This document shows, piece after piece, positions 1-9,056 of a DNA stretch of 64,000 nt. Position 1 is the first letter of the stretch; each line of letters opens with the position of its first letter. Source of the DNA: Lachnospiraceae bacterium. GTDB lineage: Bacteria > Bacillota > Clostridia > Lachnospirales > Lachnospiraceae. The translations under genes and the position numbers were made by a program. Below the pieces are notes generated by a model. That model was not told where the DNA came from and searched no databases. It was given only the letters and a program-made list of their open reading frames with translations. The stretch lies in NCBI GenBank assembly GCA_051880415.1, contig JBJENX010000050.1, positions 2,594-66,593 of the forward strand. The letters run 5' to 3'.

Positions 1-1148
1 CCAATAACCGGGTAATTGGATTTGGCGGACGTACTATGGGGGATGGAAAACCGAAATATATAAATACCCAGGATACTTTGGTATTTGATAAAAGCCGTAA
101 CTTATATGGCCTTAATCTTGCAAAAAAGAGTAAGCGAAGTGGAATTATTTTTTGTGAAGGATATATGGATGTTATTTCCATGCATCAGGCAGGCTTTGAT
201 AATGCGGTGGCATCCTTAGGTACTGCCCTTACAGTGGGACAGGTTAATCTGATAAAACGATTTACGGATCATGTATATCTGGCATATGATAGTGATGAGG
301 CGGGAACGAAGGCTGCATTAAGAGCTCTTGAAATTATGAGGGAATTTGAAATGCCGGCGAGGGTCATTTCCTTAAAGCCATATAAGGATCCTGATGAACT
401 TATTCAGGCTGAAGGAACGGAGGCATTTGAGGAACGGATTAAAAAGGCAAAAAGCGGTACCATGTTTGAGGTTGATATGCTTGCCCAAAGATATAATCAG
501 GAAGATCCGCAGGAAAGAACCCAGTTTCAAAAGGAAGCTGCAAAACGGCTTGCCCTTATTATGGATCCTTTGGAACGTAAGAATTATATAGACAGTGTGT
601 CAGCAGTATATGATATAGACAAGGATGCATTAAAGGAAACCGTTACAAGATATGGAGTATCTCAGGGAGCGGGAATTCAGAATGATGTTTTTATGAGACC
701 AAAACCTAAAGCATCTCCGGAAGAAGAAAAGGAAAAACAGCAGTTAAAAACAGAAAGACTGTTAATAACCTGGCTGATAAATGATAATTCATTATTTGAT
801 GTATTAGAGGGCATAATAACTCCGGATGATTTCTTTGAATCTACTTATCATGAGATTGTAAAGGAATTATTTGAACAATACAAAAACACCGGAGGTGTGA
901 CGCCGGCAGCAATTATGAATCATTACGAAAGTAAAGAGGAGCATGAGAAGGTTTCAGAAATCATGCAGCAAAATTTTGATAAAGAAATAGAAGAAAAAGA
1001 GAAATATGCTGTAGTTCTTGAACTGGTAAAAAGAATCAAAAAAAGAAGCATTGACCATCAGATTAATAATTGCAAAGGTGACAGTGAAAAACTGGGAAAA
1101 CTTATGATGGAAAAAGCACAGCTTAACAAATTAAAACTTAAGATATAA
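1..1148 (+). CDS. dnaG: DNA primase DnaG, C-terminal portion (5' end lies upstream of the window)
   Basis: The frame is open from nt 3 (NNRVIGFGGRTMGDGKPKYINTQDT). It has a Toprim-like CEGYMDVIS...YLAYDSDEAG segment. It sits directly upstream of sigA, as in the conserved dnaG-sigA operon. Confidence 0.9.
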   Translation, partial: NNRVIGFGGRTMGDGKPKYINTQDTLVFDKSRNLYGLNLAKKSKRSGIIFCEGYMDVISMHQAGFDNAVASLGTALTVGQVNLIKRFTDHVYLAYDSDEAGTKAALRALEIMREFEMPARVISLKPYKDPDELIQAEGTEAFEERIKKAKSGTMFEVDMLAQRYNQEDPQERTQFQKEAAKRLALIMDPLERKNYIDSVSAVYDIDKDALKETVTRYGVSQGAGIQNDVFMRPKPKASPEEEKEKQQLKTERLLITWLINDNSLFDVLEGIITPDDFFESTYHEIVKELFEQYKNTGGVTPAAIMNHYESKEEHEKVSEIMQQNFDKEIEEKEKYAVVLELVKRIKKRSIDHQINNCKGDSEKLGKLMMEKAQLNKLKLKI

Positions 1149-1188
1149 TTAGGGAAAACTGACAGGTAACAAAGGGAGGATAAAAACC

Positions 1189-2406
1189 ATGGCAGAAAAG
1201 AATACACCGGTTGTAGATGAAGAAAAGTTTCAGGAGAGACTGAATGAGCTTTTGGCAATGGCAAAAAAAAGAAAGAATGTAATTGAAGATACAGAGATTA
1301 TTGCATTCTTTACAAAGGATTTTGACCTAACCACGGAGCTTATGGAACGCATTTTTGAGTTTTTAGAGCAGAACAAAGTGGATGTTCTAACAATTCCTGA
1401 TGATGAAGAACCGGATGAAGAGGCCTTATTAGAGGTAGAAAATACAGAAGATATTGAAGTGGATAAGATTGATTTGTCGGTTCCGGAGGGTACAAATATT
1501 GAAGACCCTGTCCGCATGTATTTAAAGGAAATCGGTAAAGTTCCCCTTTTAAGTGCTGAGGAAGAGATTGAACTTGCACAACAAATGGAAGCAGGGGATA
1601 TGGCTCAGATTCAGATAGAAGAAATGGGTGATGAACTTGACGAGGAGACAAAGAAGGAACTGAATAAGCTGATTGCCACAGGGGATTATGCCAAGAAAAA
1701 GCTTGCAGAGGCGAATCTTCGACTTGTTGTTAGTATTGCAAAACGATATGTAGGAAGAGGTATGCTGTTCCTTGACCTGATTCAGGAAGGTAATTTGGGT
1801 TTGATTAAGGCAGTTGAGAAGTTTGACTATCGTAAGGGTTATAAGTTCTCTACCTATGCAACATGGTGGATTCGTCAGGCAATTACAAGAGCCATTGCAG
1901 ATCAGGCAAGAACCATTCGTATTCCTGTTCATATGGTTGAGACAATTAACAAATTAATCCGTGTATCCCGTCAGTTGTTACAGGAATTAGGTCGTGAGGC
2001 AACACCTGAGGAGATAGCAGAGGAGATGGATATTCCTGTTGAGAGAGTACGGGAAATTCTTAAGATTTCCCAGGAGCCTGTTTCCCTTGAAACACCAATT
2101 GGCGAAGAGGAAGACAGTCATTTAGGTGATTTCATTCAGGATGAAAATGTACCTGTTCCTGCTGATGCGGCTGCATTTACCCTTCTTAAGGAACAGCTTG
2201 TTGAAGTGCTTTCGACCTTGACAGAAAGAGAGCAGAAGGTATTACGTTTGCGTTTTGGATTAGATGACGGACGGGCAAGAACCCTTGAAGAGGTTGGTAA
2301 GGAGTTTAATGTAACCCGTGAACGTATTCGTCAGATTGAGGCTAAGGCATTGCGTAAATTAAGACACCCAAGCCGCAGCCGTAAGCTTAGAGATTACTTG
2401 GAGTAA
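1189..2406 (+). CDS. sigA: Primary RNA polymerase sigma-70 factor (RpoD/SigA)
   Basis: Acidic N-terminus. Region 2 reads [27 protein letters not shown] and region 4 reads [15 protein letters not shown]...[30 protein letters not shown] lies upstream. Confidence 0.97.
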   Translation: MAEKNTPVVDEEKFQERLNELLAMAKKRKNVIEDTEIIAFFTKDFDLTTELMERIFEFLEQNKVDVLTIPDDEEPDEEALLEVENTEDIEVDKIDLSVPEGTNIEDPVRMYLKEIGKVPLLSAEEEIELAQQMEAGDMAQIQIEEMGDELDEETKKELNKLIATGDYAKKKLAEANLRLVVSIAKRYVGRGMLFLDLIQEGNLGLIKAVEKFDYRKGYKFSTYATWWIRQAITRAIADQARTIRIPVHMVETINKLIRVSRQLLQELGREATPEEIAEEMDIPVERVREILKISQEPVSLETPIGEEEDSHLGDFIQDENVPVPADAAAFTLLKEQLVEVLSTLTEREQKVLRLRFGLDDGRARTLEEVGKEFNVTRERIRQIEAKALRKLRHPSRSRKLRDYLE

Positions 2407-2409
2407 AAT

Positions 2410-3132
2410 ATGAATTTATCATTAAGAATGGAGGCTGTGGTGAGCTTGGTTTCACCGCAGTCCTTTACCATTGCAGATGTTGGGTGTGACCATGCATATG
2501 TGTCCATTGCATTAATAGAGAGAGGACTGGCTTCAAAGGTTATAGCAATGGATGTGAGAGAAGGTCCCCTTGGTATTGCACAAACCAATATTACAAATGC
2601 AGGTTTACATAATGTCGTTGATGTGCGGTTAGGCGATGGACTGGAAAAATTGGCACCTGATGAGGCGGATACCATAATCATTGCAGGTATGGGAGGCTTG
2701 TTAATGACGGGGATATTGGAGCGGGGCAGTCATATACTGGAAAAGGGGAAACCTACCTTAATATTGCAGCCCCAGTCAGAGTTGTCAAATGTGAGACAAT
2801 ATATAATGAAGCATGGATATGAAATCATTGAGGAAAAAATGCTGATGGAAGAGGGTAAGTATTATACAGTAATGAAAGCCCTGCCATCCCGTGAGGAAAG
2901 GGAGTACGTCTATAAAGAGGAGGATTATGAATACGGTTATTACAATCTCCTTCATAAAAATCCTGTATTGTATCAGTATTTGGAAAAGGAACGGAAGGTT
3001 CTATCAGAGATATATGACAATCTTATGAAGCAAAAAGAAGAACTGTCTCCCAAAACCCGGATAAGGATAAATGAGCTGCAACATGAACTTGCCCGGAATG
3101 AGAGGGCTTTGCTAAGATATAAGGAGGTGTAA
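2410..3132 (+). CDS. trmK: tRNA (adenine22-N1)-methyltransferase TrmK-like
   Basis: Has the IADVGCDHAYVSIALIE and IIAGMGG motifs. Its position after sigA and before a nif3-family gene matches the Firmicutes yqfN-yqfO arrangement. Confidence 0.8.
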   Translation: MNLSLRMEAVVSLVSPQSFTIADVGCDHAYVSIALIERGLASKVIAMDVREGPLGIAQTNITNAGLHNVVDVRLGDGLEKLAPDEADTIIIAGMGGLLMTGILERGSHILEKGKPTLILQPQSELSNVRQYIMKHGYEIIEEKMLMEEGKYYTVMKALPSREEREYVYKEEDYEYGYYNLLHKNPVLYQYLEKERKVLSEIYDNLMKQKEELSPKTRIRINELQHELARNERALLRYKEV

Positions 3133-3135
3133 AAG

Positions 3136-3930
3136 GTGAAGTGTCAGGATATTGTTGACATTTTGGATAAACTGTCACCGAAAGAATATGCCTGTGACTG
3201 GGATAATGTAGGGCTTTTGGTAGGAAGAAAGGACAGGGAAATCAATAAGATATTAGTTTCCTTAGATGCCTCGAAAGAGGTGGTGTTATACGGGGTAAAT
3301 CAGGGTTTTGATATGATAATTACCCACCATCCCATGATATTTTCTTCTCTTAAGCAGATAAATGAGGATGATTTTACGGCAGAAAAGGTGCTGACGCTGG
3401 CAGAAAAGGGCATATGCTATTACGCAATGCATACAAATTTTGATGCAGTAGGAGGAATGGCAGAGCTGGCAGCGGGACCCGGGTATCTGAATCTTTCGGA
3501 TACAAGTCCCATTGATATATGTCCCGGAACCAATGAGGGAATGGGCCGGTATGGAAAACTTCCCAAACCTATGACCGCAAAAGAAGCGGCACAATATGTA
3601 AAGGAGAAGTTTCATATTGACTTTGTAATGCTTTATCAGGGAAAAGAACAGGAGGATAAGGTGTTTCATAAGATAGCAGTGTTACCGGGCTCAGGAAAAA
3701 GTGAGATGAAAATGGTAAAAGAAAAAGGCTATGACTTGTATCTGACCGGTGATTTCGGACACCATGGTGGTATCGATGCAATGGATATGGGATTAACGGT
3801 AATTGATGCAACCCATTATGGTTTGGAGCATATTTTTGTTAAATATATAACGGAATATCTGGAAGAAAGGGTTAAGGAAAATGTAATCATTGAAGCATAT
3901 CATGCTTCCTGCCCTGTTCAGATTCTATAA
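3136..3930 (+). CDS. Nif3-family dinuclear metal-centre protein (YqfO-like)
   Basis: Has ITHHPMIF, YAMHTNFD and DATHYGLEH motifs. GTG start 8 nt after an AAGGAGG RBS. Confidence 0.85.
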   Translation: MKCQDIVDILDKLSPKEYACDWDNVGLLVGRKDREINKILVSLDASKEVVLYGVNQGFDMIITHHPMIFSSLKQINEDDFTAEKVLTLAEKGICYYAMHTNFDAVGGMAELAAGPGYLNLSDTSPIDICPGTNEGMGRYGKLPKPMTAKEAAQYVKEKFHIDFVMLYQGKEQEDKVFHKIAVLPGSGKSEMKMVKEKGYDLYLTGDFGHHGGIDAMDMGLTVIDATHYGLEHIFVKYITEYLEERVKENVIIEAYHASCPVQIL

Positions 3931-3954
3931 AATATATAGTCAGGAGGGATTACT

Positions 3955-5613
3955 ATGATAAGAATTACAATTGATGGTGTTACTTATGATGTGGAGAAGG
4001 GAATAACCTTACAGGAAATTGCAAAACAATATGGAAACAGTGAGAAGGGAATCATTGTACTTGCATATGTAAATGGGCGTTTGACGGAGCTTTACAAACC
4101 GGTTCGCTTTGATTCGGAAATATCCTTTGTTACAACGGCTGAAAAAGTAGGATCGGATACATATAAGAGAAGTATGACATTGCTTATGTTGAAATCCTTT
4201 AGAGAAGTATTGAAGAAACGTGGTCATAATGGCTGGATTCGTGTGTTGTTTTCCTTGAGTAAGGGATATTACTGCGAGTTAAACAGTAAAACTGCAAAGG
4301 TTACGGAAAGTCTTTTAAAAGAAGTAACAGAGAAAATGCAGGAGTTAGTAGAAAAAGATCTTCCTATTGAGAAGCATACTTATAAATCTTCTGATTTGAT
4401 GAAACGTTTTGAGAGCCAGGGAAGACAGGACAAAGTAAAGCTTTTTAAATATCGTCGGGCTTCCAATGCCAATGCATACCGTCTTGACGGATATGAAGAT
4501 TATTACTATGGCTATATGGTTCCTTCTACCGGTTATTTAAAACAGTTTGCACTTTATCCTTATGAAGATGGATTTGTACTGCAGATGCCGGAACGCCGCA
4601 ATCCGGATGTTCTTTCGGAGTTTAAACCTGCCAAAAAACTATTTTCCGTGTTAAAACAGTCAGATGACTGGGGCGTTATGCTTAATATTGATACGGTTGG
4701 CGGGTTAAATGATGCCATTGCAAAAGGGGATATTAATGACCTGATGCTGGTACAGGAGGCATTGCAGGAGAAAAATATTGCAGAGATTGCAGCACAGATA
4801 TATGAGCAGGATAAGAAGATTATTTTAATTGCAGGACCAAGCTCTTCCGGTAAGACAACATTTTCCCACAGATTAAGTATCCAGCTTCGTGCTCTTGGAT
4901 TAAAACCTCATCCTATTGCCCTTGATAATTATTTTGTAGACAGGGAATATACACCAAAGGATGAAAATGGAAATTATGATTTTGAATGTTTGGAAGCTGT
5001 TGATGTGGGACAGTTTAACCAGGATATGGCAAGACTTTTAGATGGAGATGAAGTAATGATGCCTACTTTTAATTTCCAGCTTGGAAAGAGAGAATATCGT
5101 GGTAATACTTTAAAGTTAGAGGAAGATGACGTACTTGTGATTGAAGGAATTCATGGCCTTAATCCAAAAATGAGTGAGGGACTTCCTTCTTATAGTAAGT
5201 TTAAAATCTATATCAGTGCCCTTACCCAGTTAAATGTAGATGAGCACAACAGAGTGGCTACTACAGATGGACGTTTGATTCGCCGTATTGTAAGGGATGC
5301 CAGAACCCGTGGTAACAGTGCCCAGTCAACCATTGCCATGTGGGATTCAGTAAGACGGGGTGAGGAGAAGAACATTTTCCCTTATCAGGAGGAAGCAGAT
5401 GCAATGTTTAATTCCGCTTTAATATATGAATTATCTGTTATCAAACCATATGTTGAGCCATTGTTATTTGCCATTCCGTCTGATGCCAAAGAATATCAGG
5501 AGGCAAAGCGTTTGTTAAAATTCCTGGATTATTTCTTAACTGTTAGTTCGGAAAATATACCAAATAACAGTATTTTGAGGGAATTTGTAGGAGGAAGCTG
5601 CTTCCCTGTATAA
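3955..5613 (+). CDS. TGS-domain / uridine-kinase (PRK/UDK) family nucleoside kinase-like protein
   Basis: The N-terminus is TGS-like (IRITIDGVTYDVEKGITLQEIA). A P-loop (IAGPSSSGKTTFSHRL) is followed by a DNYF motif typical of the uridine kinase family. Confidence 0.75.
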   Translation: MIRITIDGVTYDVEKGITLQEIAKQYGNSEKGIIVLAYVNGRLTELYKPVRFDSEISFVTTAEKVGSDTYKRSMTLLMLKSFREVLKKRGHNGWIRVLFSLSKGYYCELNSKTAKVTESLLKEVTEKMQELVEKDLPIEKHTYKSSDLMKRFESQGRQDKVKLFKYRRASNANAYRLDGYEDYYYGYMVPSTGYLKQFALYPYEDGFVLQMPERRNPDVLSEFKPAKKLFSVLKQSDDWGVMLNIDTVGGLNDAIAKGDINDLMLVQEALQEKNIAEIAAQIYEQDKKIILIAGPSSSGKTTFSHRLSIQLRALGLKPHPIALDNYFVDREYTPKDENGNYDFECLEAVDVGQFNQDMARLLDGDEVMMPTFNFQLGKREYRGNTLKLEEDDVLVIEGIHGLNPKMSEGLPSYSKFKIYISALTQLNVDEHNRVATTDGRLIRRIVRDARTRGNSAQSTIAMWDSVRRGEEKNIFPYQEEADAMFNSALIYELSVIKPYVEPLLFAIPSDAKEYQEAKRLLKFLDYFLTVSSENIPNNSILREFVGGSCFPV

Positions 5614-5691
5614 AGAAAAGATATGGAATTATCTGATTTTGTCGAATTTGTGAAAATTTAATGAAAAAAGAGGCTTAATTTGTGCAATGTA

Positions 5692-5720
5692 GTGACAAGA
5701 TTCGTCTCTTGTGTTATAAT
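5692..5720 (+). promoter_or_regulatory. Candidate sigma-A promoter with extended -10
   Basis: -35 GTGACA (5692-5697), 17-nt spacer, TG at 5712-5713, -10 TATAAT (5715-5720). It lies upstream of the ORF starting at 5806. Confidence 0.55.
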
Positions 5721-5805
5721 ACATTTATAAATGGTCTGCATTTACAGTGACCGCATTACGTTAATGGAGGTATTGATTGTACAATTATGTAAGGAGGGCT
5801 GTATT

Positions 5806-6525
5806 ATGGGTGTTTCAGGACAAAGATTCGATTTACTTCAGATGAGAGAATATTTTGAAAAACAGATACCTGGCGTTCGACTTATTAGCGATTTAACGTT
5901 AAGCGAGACTGACTTTAAGAGCTTGGGCGCAAAATTAAAGTCTGCCTTTTCCTTTACAGACCGAAAAGATGGTATCGAAGAGATTATGGTATGCTACCTG
6001 GTTTATTGGGTATATGCATTACACTATTGGGATGAAGAGACGGGAATCCATGATGAATTGACGGATTATTGTGCCAAACTGCCGCAGTATCAGTTAAGAC
6101 GTCATTTTCAGTTGTTATTGGATATCTTTGCTGATTACAATATAGACGATTTCGGATATCAGGGAGGCGATGTTGGAGAGCTTTGTTCCAGATTGATTGC
6201 CAGACATGCAGGTATTCCGGATGATGAGAAGTACCAAGTGTTTGAACTGATAGACGATTATCGGAATCAGAATGTTTCTGTAGATACCATGGTTGCTGAT
6301 ATTTATGCCCATCTTCCTTATAAGAGCCAGTACATATTTTCACTATTGGATGAGGCTTCCAGACAGGAAATAATATGGGAGATTCGGACAATCATGGCCG
6401 AGGTAAGCGGTGGTACCCATACAAGAGAGGAATTATTGGAGCGTTATCCACGGATTTCAATAAGTTTAATAGATTATTGTTTGTATTGGCAGGAGAATCA
6501 TACGATTCTTGATCAGGCTAAATAA
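5806..6525 (+). CDS. Hypothetical protein (no recognisable domain)
   Basis: ATG at 5806 is preceded by TAAGGAGGG. The ORF-track start at 5731 lacks an RBS. The ORF is long and has ordinary composition. Confidence 0.5.
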   Translation: MGVSGQRFDLLQMREYFEKQIPGVRLISDLTLSETDFKSLGAKLKSAFSFTDRKDGIEEIMVCYLVYWVYALHYWDEETGIHDELTDYCAKLPQYQLRRHFQLLLDIFADYNIDDFGYQGGDVGELCSRLIARHAGIPDDEKYQVFELIDDYRNQNVSVDTMVADIYAHLPYKSQYIFSLLDEASRQEIIWEIRTIMAEVSGGTHTREELLERYPRISISLIDYCLYWQENHTILDQAK

Positions 6526-6526
6526 C

Positions 6527-6569
6527 CAAAAAGGAGTTCTAACCCTTAGGGGCAGGAACTCCTTTTTGA
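6527..6569. terminator. Bidirectional intrinsic terminator
   Basis: Stem AAGGAGTTC (6531-6539) pairs with GAACTCCTT (6556-6564). An A-run lies on the left and a T-run on the right. It sits between the + strand ORF and the minus-strand rnpB. Confidence 0.8.
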
Positions 6570-6593
6570 TTTATCTTATGAATAATTCATATG

Positions 6594-6938
6594 TATGACT
6601 CAGCCGATAAGCCGGGTTATGTCGTTGAATGATCATCTATCTAGACCTGCTGTTACCAACAGGTTCAAGCAACCTACCCGAGAACGTGACGGGCAGCCAC
6701 ATGGTTCTCTGTTCGGTCTTGCTTCGCATGGGGTTTACAGAGCCTGCCTTGTTACCAAGACAGCGGTGAGCTCTTACCTCGCCTTTCCACCCTTACCAGT
6801 TGCCTGGCGGTATATTTCTGTTGCACTAGCCTGGGAGTCGCCTCCACCGGACGTTATCCGGCATGCTGCCCTATGAAGCCCGGACTTTCCTCACCTGCAG
6901 GATTTCTCCTTTGCAGCCGCGATCATTTGTCTGAGTCG
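6594..6938 (-). ncRNA. rnpB: RNase P RNA, bacterial class A
   Basis: The minus strand carries GAGGAAAGUCCGGGCUUC (rc of 6875-6892), GGUAAGGGUGGAAAGGCGAGGUAAGAGCUCACCGC, and ACAUAACCCGGCUUA near the 3' end. P1 can form between GACUCAG (5') and CUGAGUC (3'). Confidence 0.93.
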
Positions 6939-7768
6939 ATTTCGATTGTAGCATATTGATTTCCCCTTTGCAAGGTGTCATTGTAATGGGTTATTTTAGG
7001 AGAAATCTTTATCTGTTCATATAGTTTATGATATTCTTCGGAAGATAATTCATTTATATAGTTTTTAATATATTTTTTATGAATTCCAAGATCTGCCAAG
7101 GTGTCAACTGCCTTGTTATATGCAATGGCGGCAGTAATCTTATCAGTATATCTGCCCACCAAATAATTGCCCCGGATGTGAATGACACATTCATATACAT
7201 TTTGATCAATACCTGTTTCCGTGGCTTTTTTAGTGACACCCATGTATTCATTTATTACCTGAATATTTTCGTAGCGGAAATCCCTGTCATTTTGATTCAC
7301 AAATATATAATCACTGCCTTTTTTGGCATAATTTTTAATGCCATAACGGCCCAAAATATTATACTGGCTTCCGTAGTCACATATAAAATAGTAGCCTCCC
7401 CGGATCTGAATCTTATGATTTGCGTAATAAAACAAATCCTCCCTGTCAAATATCAGATAATGTTCCTTGTTGATATAATAATAAAAGAAGCCTTTTTGCA
7501 GATAAATGGGAGTTTTAAAGTAAAGTCCCGTGTTTCTGTAATTGATAAGTATGACAAATTTGGAAAAATCCAGAGCGAAAGTGTCTTTATAATCATCTAT
7601 TGTATATTTTCCTTCCCGAAGGATACTTATAGCTTCAACATAGGCCTGATGTGCCTTTTCTTCCGTATCAAAGCTGCCAAGACTTACATGCTTTGATTTA
7701 ACTGAAAGAGAGGAACGGTAGTAAGAGGTTCCGTCTTTTTTCTTTGCTTTTGTAACACCCGGCAACAT
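6923..7768 (-). CDS. AP2-like DNA-binding domain protein (phage/mobile-element type), two AP2-like repeats
   Basis: N-terminal GVTKAKKKDGTSYYRSSLSVKSKHVSLGSFDTEEKAHQAY fits the AP2/integrase DNA-binding pattern. A second copy reads HIRGNYLVGRYTDKITAAIAYNKAV. A GGGAGG RBS lies upstream. Confidence 0.6.
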   Translation of the reverse strand: MLPGVTKAKKKDGTSYYRSSLSVKSKHVSLGSFDTEEKAHQAYVEAISILREGKYTIDDYKDTFALDFSKFVILINYRNTGLYFKTPIYLQKGFFYYYINKEHYLIFDREDLFYYANHKIQIRGGYYFICDYGSQYNILGRYGIKNYAKKGSDYIFVNQNDRDFRYENIQVINEYMGVTKKATETGIDQNVYECVIHIRGNYLVGRYTDKITAAIAYNKAVDTLADLGIHKKYIKNYINELSSEEYHKLYEQIKISPKITHYNDTLQRGNQYATIEIDSDK

Positions 7769-7825
7769 ATAGATTACCTCCCTGAATTATCTTCATAAAA
7801 TGAGTTTCCCAATTACCTGTACATA

Positions 7826-8314
7826 TCATATATGCATGAGGGAAAAAATGCAAATAATATCTGATGTGTTTTGGGCAGTTATTGTAGCCAGTTTGTAAAA
7901 TTCATCGGTGGAGAGAAGCATTTTATTATCTGCTAAATAATCTTTCATTTCCTTGAAAATGCGAATTAATATTTTGCTTTGTTTTATAGCCAATTCTCCT
8001 CGCAAGACAGTCATTAACATATAAATACCCTGTTCAGTGAAAGCATGGGGTAAATATCTGCTTTTGGAATTTATATTTGCGGTCAAAAATTTTGACCGCA
8101 AACTTTCTACTTCCTGTTGTGTCAATTCAAACATAAAGTCATTATCAAATTTATCTAAATTATTTTTTACCTGCTGATTAAAAGCTTTTGTGGAATATCC
8201 ATAAATCTTTGCAAGGTCTGAATCCAACATAACCTTTTGACCTCGTATTGTGTATATTAAGTTTTCTACATCTGATTGATTTACAACCAGTATTTCATTT
8301 GTGTTTTCTTTCAC
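7826..8314 (-). CDS. ORF6N (KilA-N-related) domain protein
   Basis: IRGQKVMLDSDLAKIYGYSTKAFNQQVKNNLDKFDNDFMFELTQQE...YLPHAFTEQGIYMLMTVL is the classic ORF6N pattern. The likely start is the GTG at 8314, 6 nt after AAGGAGG; the ORF-track start is 8332. Confidence 0.7.
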   Translation of the reverse strand: MKENTNEILVVNQSDVENLIYTIRGQKVMLDSDLAKIYGYSTKAFNQQVKNNLDKFDNDFMFELTQQEVESLRSKFLTANINSKSRYLPHAFTEQGIYMLMTVLRGELAIKQSKILIRIFKEMKDYLADNKMLLSTDEFYKLATITAQNTSDIICIFSLMHI

Positions 8315-8350
8315 ATAAACCTCCTTATACATGTGTTTCTTGTCATATTA

Positions 8351-8402
8351 AAAATGGTAAACCTGCCTCTGATAAAAGGCAATCATGAAAATTAGAAGAT
8401 AA
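8351..8402. repeat. 52-nt direct repeat, copy 1
   Basis: AAAATGGTAAACCTGCCTCTGATAAAAGGCAATCATGAAAATTAGAAGATAA is identical to 8838-8889. Confidence 0.9.
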
Positions 8403-8453
8403 TTTGTTACGATTATATATTGTTTACTATATTAGTTTTAGAACCGCTCATAA

Positions 8454-8481
8454 TTGACAATTATGTATAATTTGCTATAAT
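8454..8481 (+). promoter_or_regulatory. Consensus sigma-A promoter for a short antisense RNA
   Basis: -35 TTGACA (8454-8459), 16-nt spacer, -10 TATAAT (8476-8481). No ORF follows. The transcript would run into the terminator at 8542-8586. Confidence 0.6.
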
Positions 8482-8487
8482 ATGCTT

Positions 8488-8586
8488 AACAAGAGAGCCG
8501 GTGCCTAGATATAGCCTAGCTGCCGGGAAATAATGAACTACAAAAAATAGTGCCTTAGTTTACCAGACAGAGGGCGCTATTTTTTG
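8488..8586 (+). ncRNA. Candidate type I antitoxin sRNA, convergent with and overlapping the 3' end of the toxin mRNA
   Basis: It is bounded by the consensus promoter and the bidirectional terminator. It contains a GCCGGUGCCUAGAUAUAGCCUAGCUGCCGGG stem-loop. Its 3' end overlaps the toxin stop codon and 3' UTR. Confidence 0.4.
8542..8586. terminator. Bidirectional intrinsic terminator shared by toxin mRNA and antisense RNA
   Basis: ATAGTGCC (8547-8554) pairs with GGCGCTAT (8573-8580) with one G-U pair. It is flanked by A6 on the left and T6 on the right. Confidence 0.65.
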
Positions 8587-8663
8587 CGTTTGATGTAAAT
8601 AACAAGAGTTACAACAGCGCAAAGCATAATTACAAATTGAAATAAATCAGTATATGTAACCAT
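8577..8663 (-). CDS. 28-aa hydrophobic peptide, candidate type I toxin (BsrG / holin-like-toxin style)
   Basis: Hand translation gives MVTYTDLFQFVIMLCAVVTLVIYIKRKK*. It has a single TM helix and a KRKK tail. A GGGAG RBS lies 9 nt upstream and can pair with an upstream CAGCU segment. The ORF is too short to appear in the ORF track. Confidence 0.55.
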   Translation of the reverse strand: MVTYTDLFQFVIMLCAVVTLVIYIKRKK

Positions 8664-8837
8664 TGGCACCAGCTCCCTTCATAAGTATTCAGCAGCTGAC
8701 ATATCGCCCCACCGGCTCCCCGGTTAAATATATTATATTGTTAAAAAGAAATGTATACAGTTTGTAATCAGTTCAAAATTATTTGTTTCTTTTAAGTCAT
8801 CAATACAAGTAAAAATTAATTTTTTTAATAAATCATA

Positions 8838-8889
8838 AAATGGTAAACCTGCCTCTGATAAAAGGCAATCATGAAAATTAGAAGATAAA
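8838..8889. repeat. 52-nt direct repeat, copy 2
   Basis: Identical to 8351-8402. A second shared block, TTGTTTACTATATTAGTTTTA, occurs at 8420-8440 and 8950-8970. Confidence 0.9.
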
Positions 8890-9056
8890 AGATTATATTT
8901 TATTCAATATAAGATAGATAATTATGCGTAATGTATCTATCCAACAATCTTGTTTACTATATTAGTTTTAAAAGCCATGATTGTCAAGGATGTTATTCAT
9001 TATTATTTGTGTCAACATTTTATTGGCAATGTTACAGTTTTGTCTATAAACAGCTT

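Noticed and set aside
1230-1932. Three minus-strand ORFs (95, 103 and 127 aa) inside sigA
   Set aside because: They are shadow ORFs antisense to a highly conserved gene. They have no RBS and their composition is low-complexity.
6595-6876. 93-aa plus-strand ORF from the track
   Set aside because: It lies entirely antisense to the RNase P RNA gene. The open frame is a by-product of the GC-rich structured RNA and not a credible CDS.
7079-7696. 205-aa plus-strand ORF antisense to the AP2-like gene
   Set aside because: It is hydrophobic, low-complexity and lacks an RBS. The minus-strand frame has recognisable AP2-like motifs and a GGGAGG RBS.
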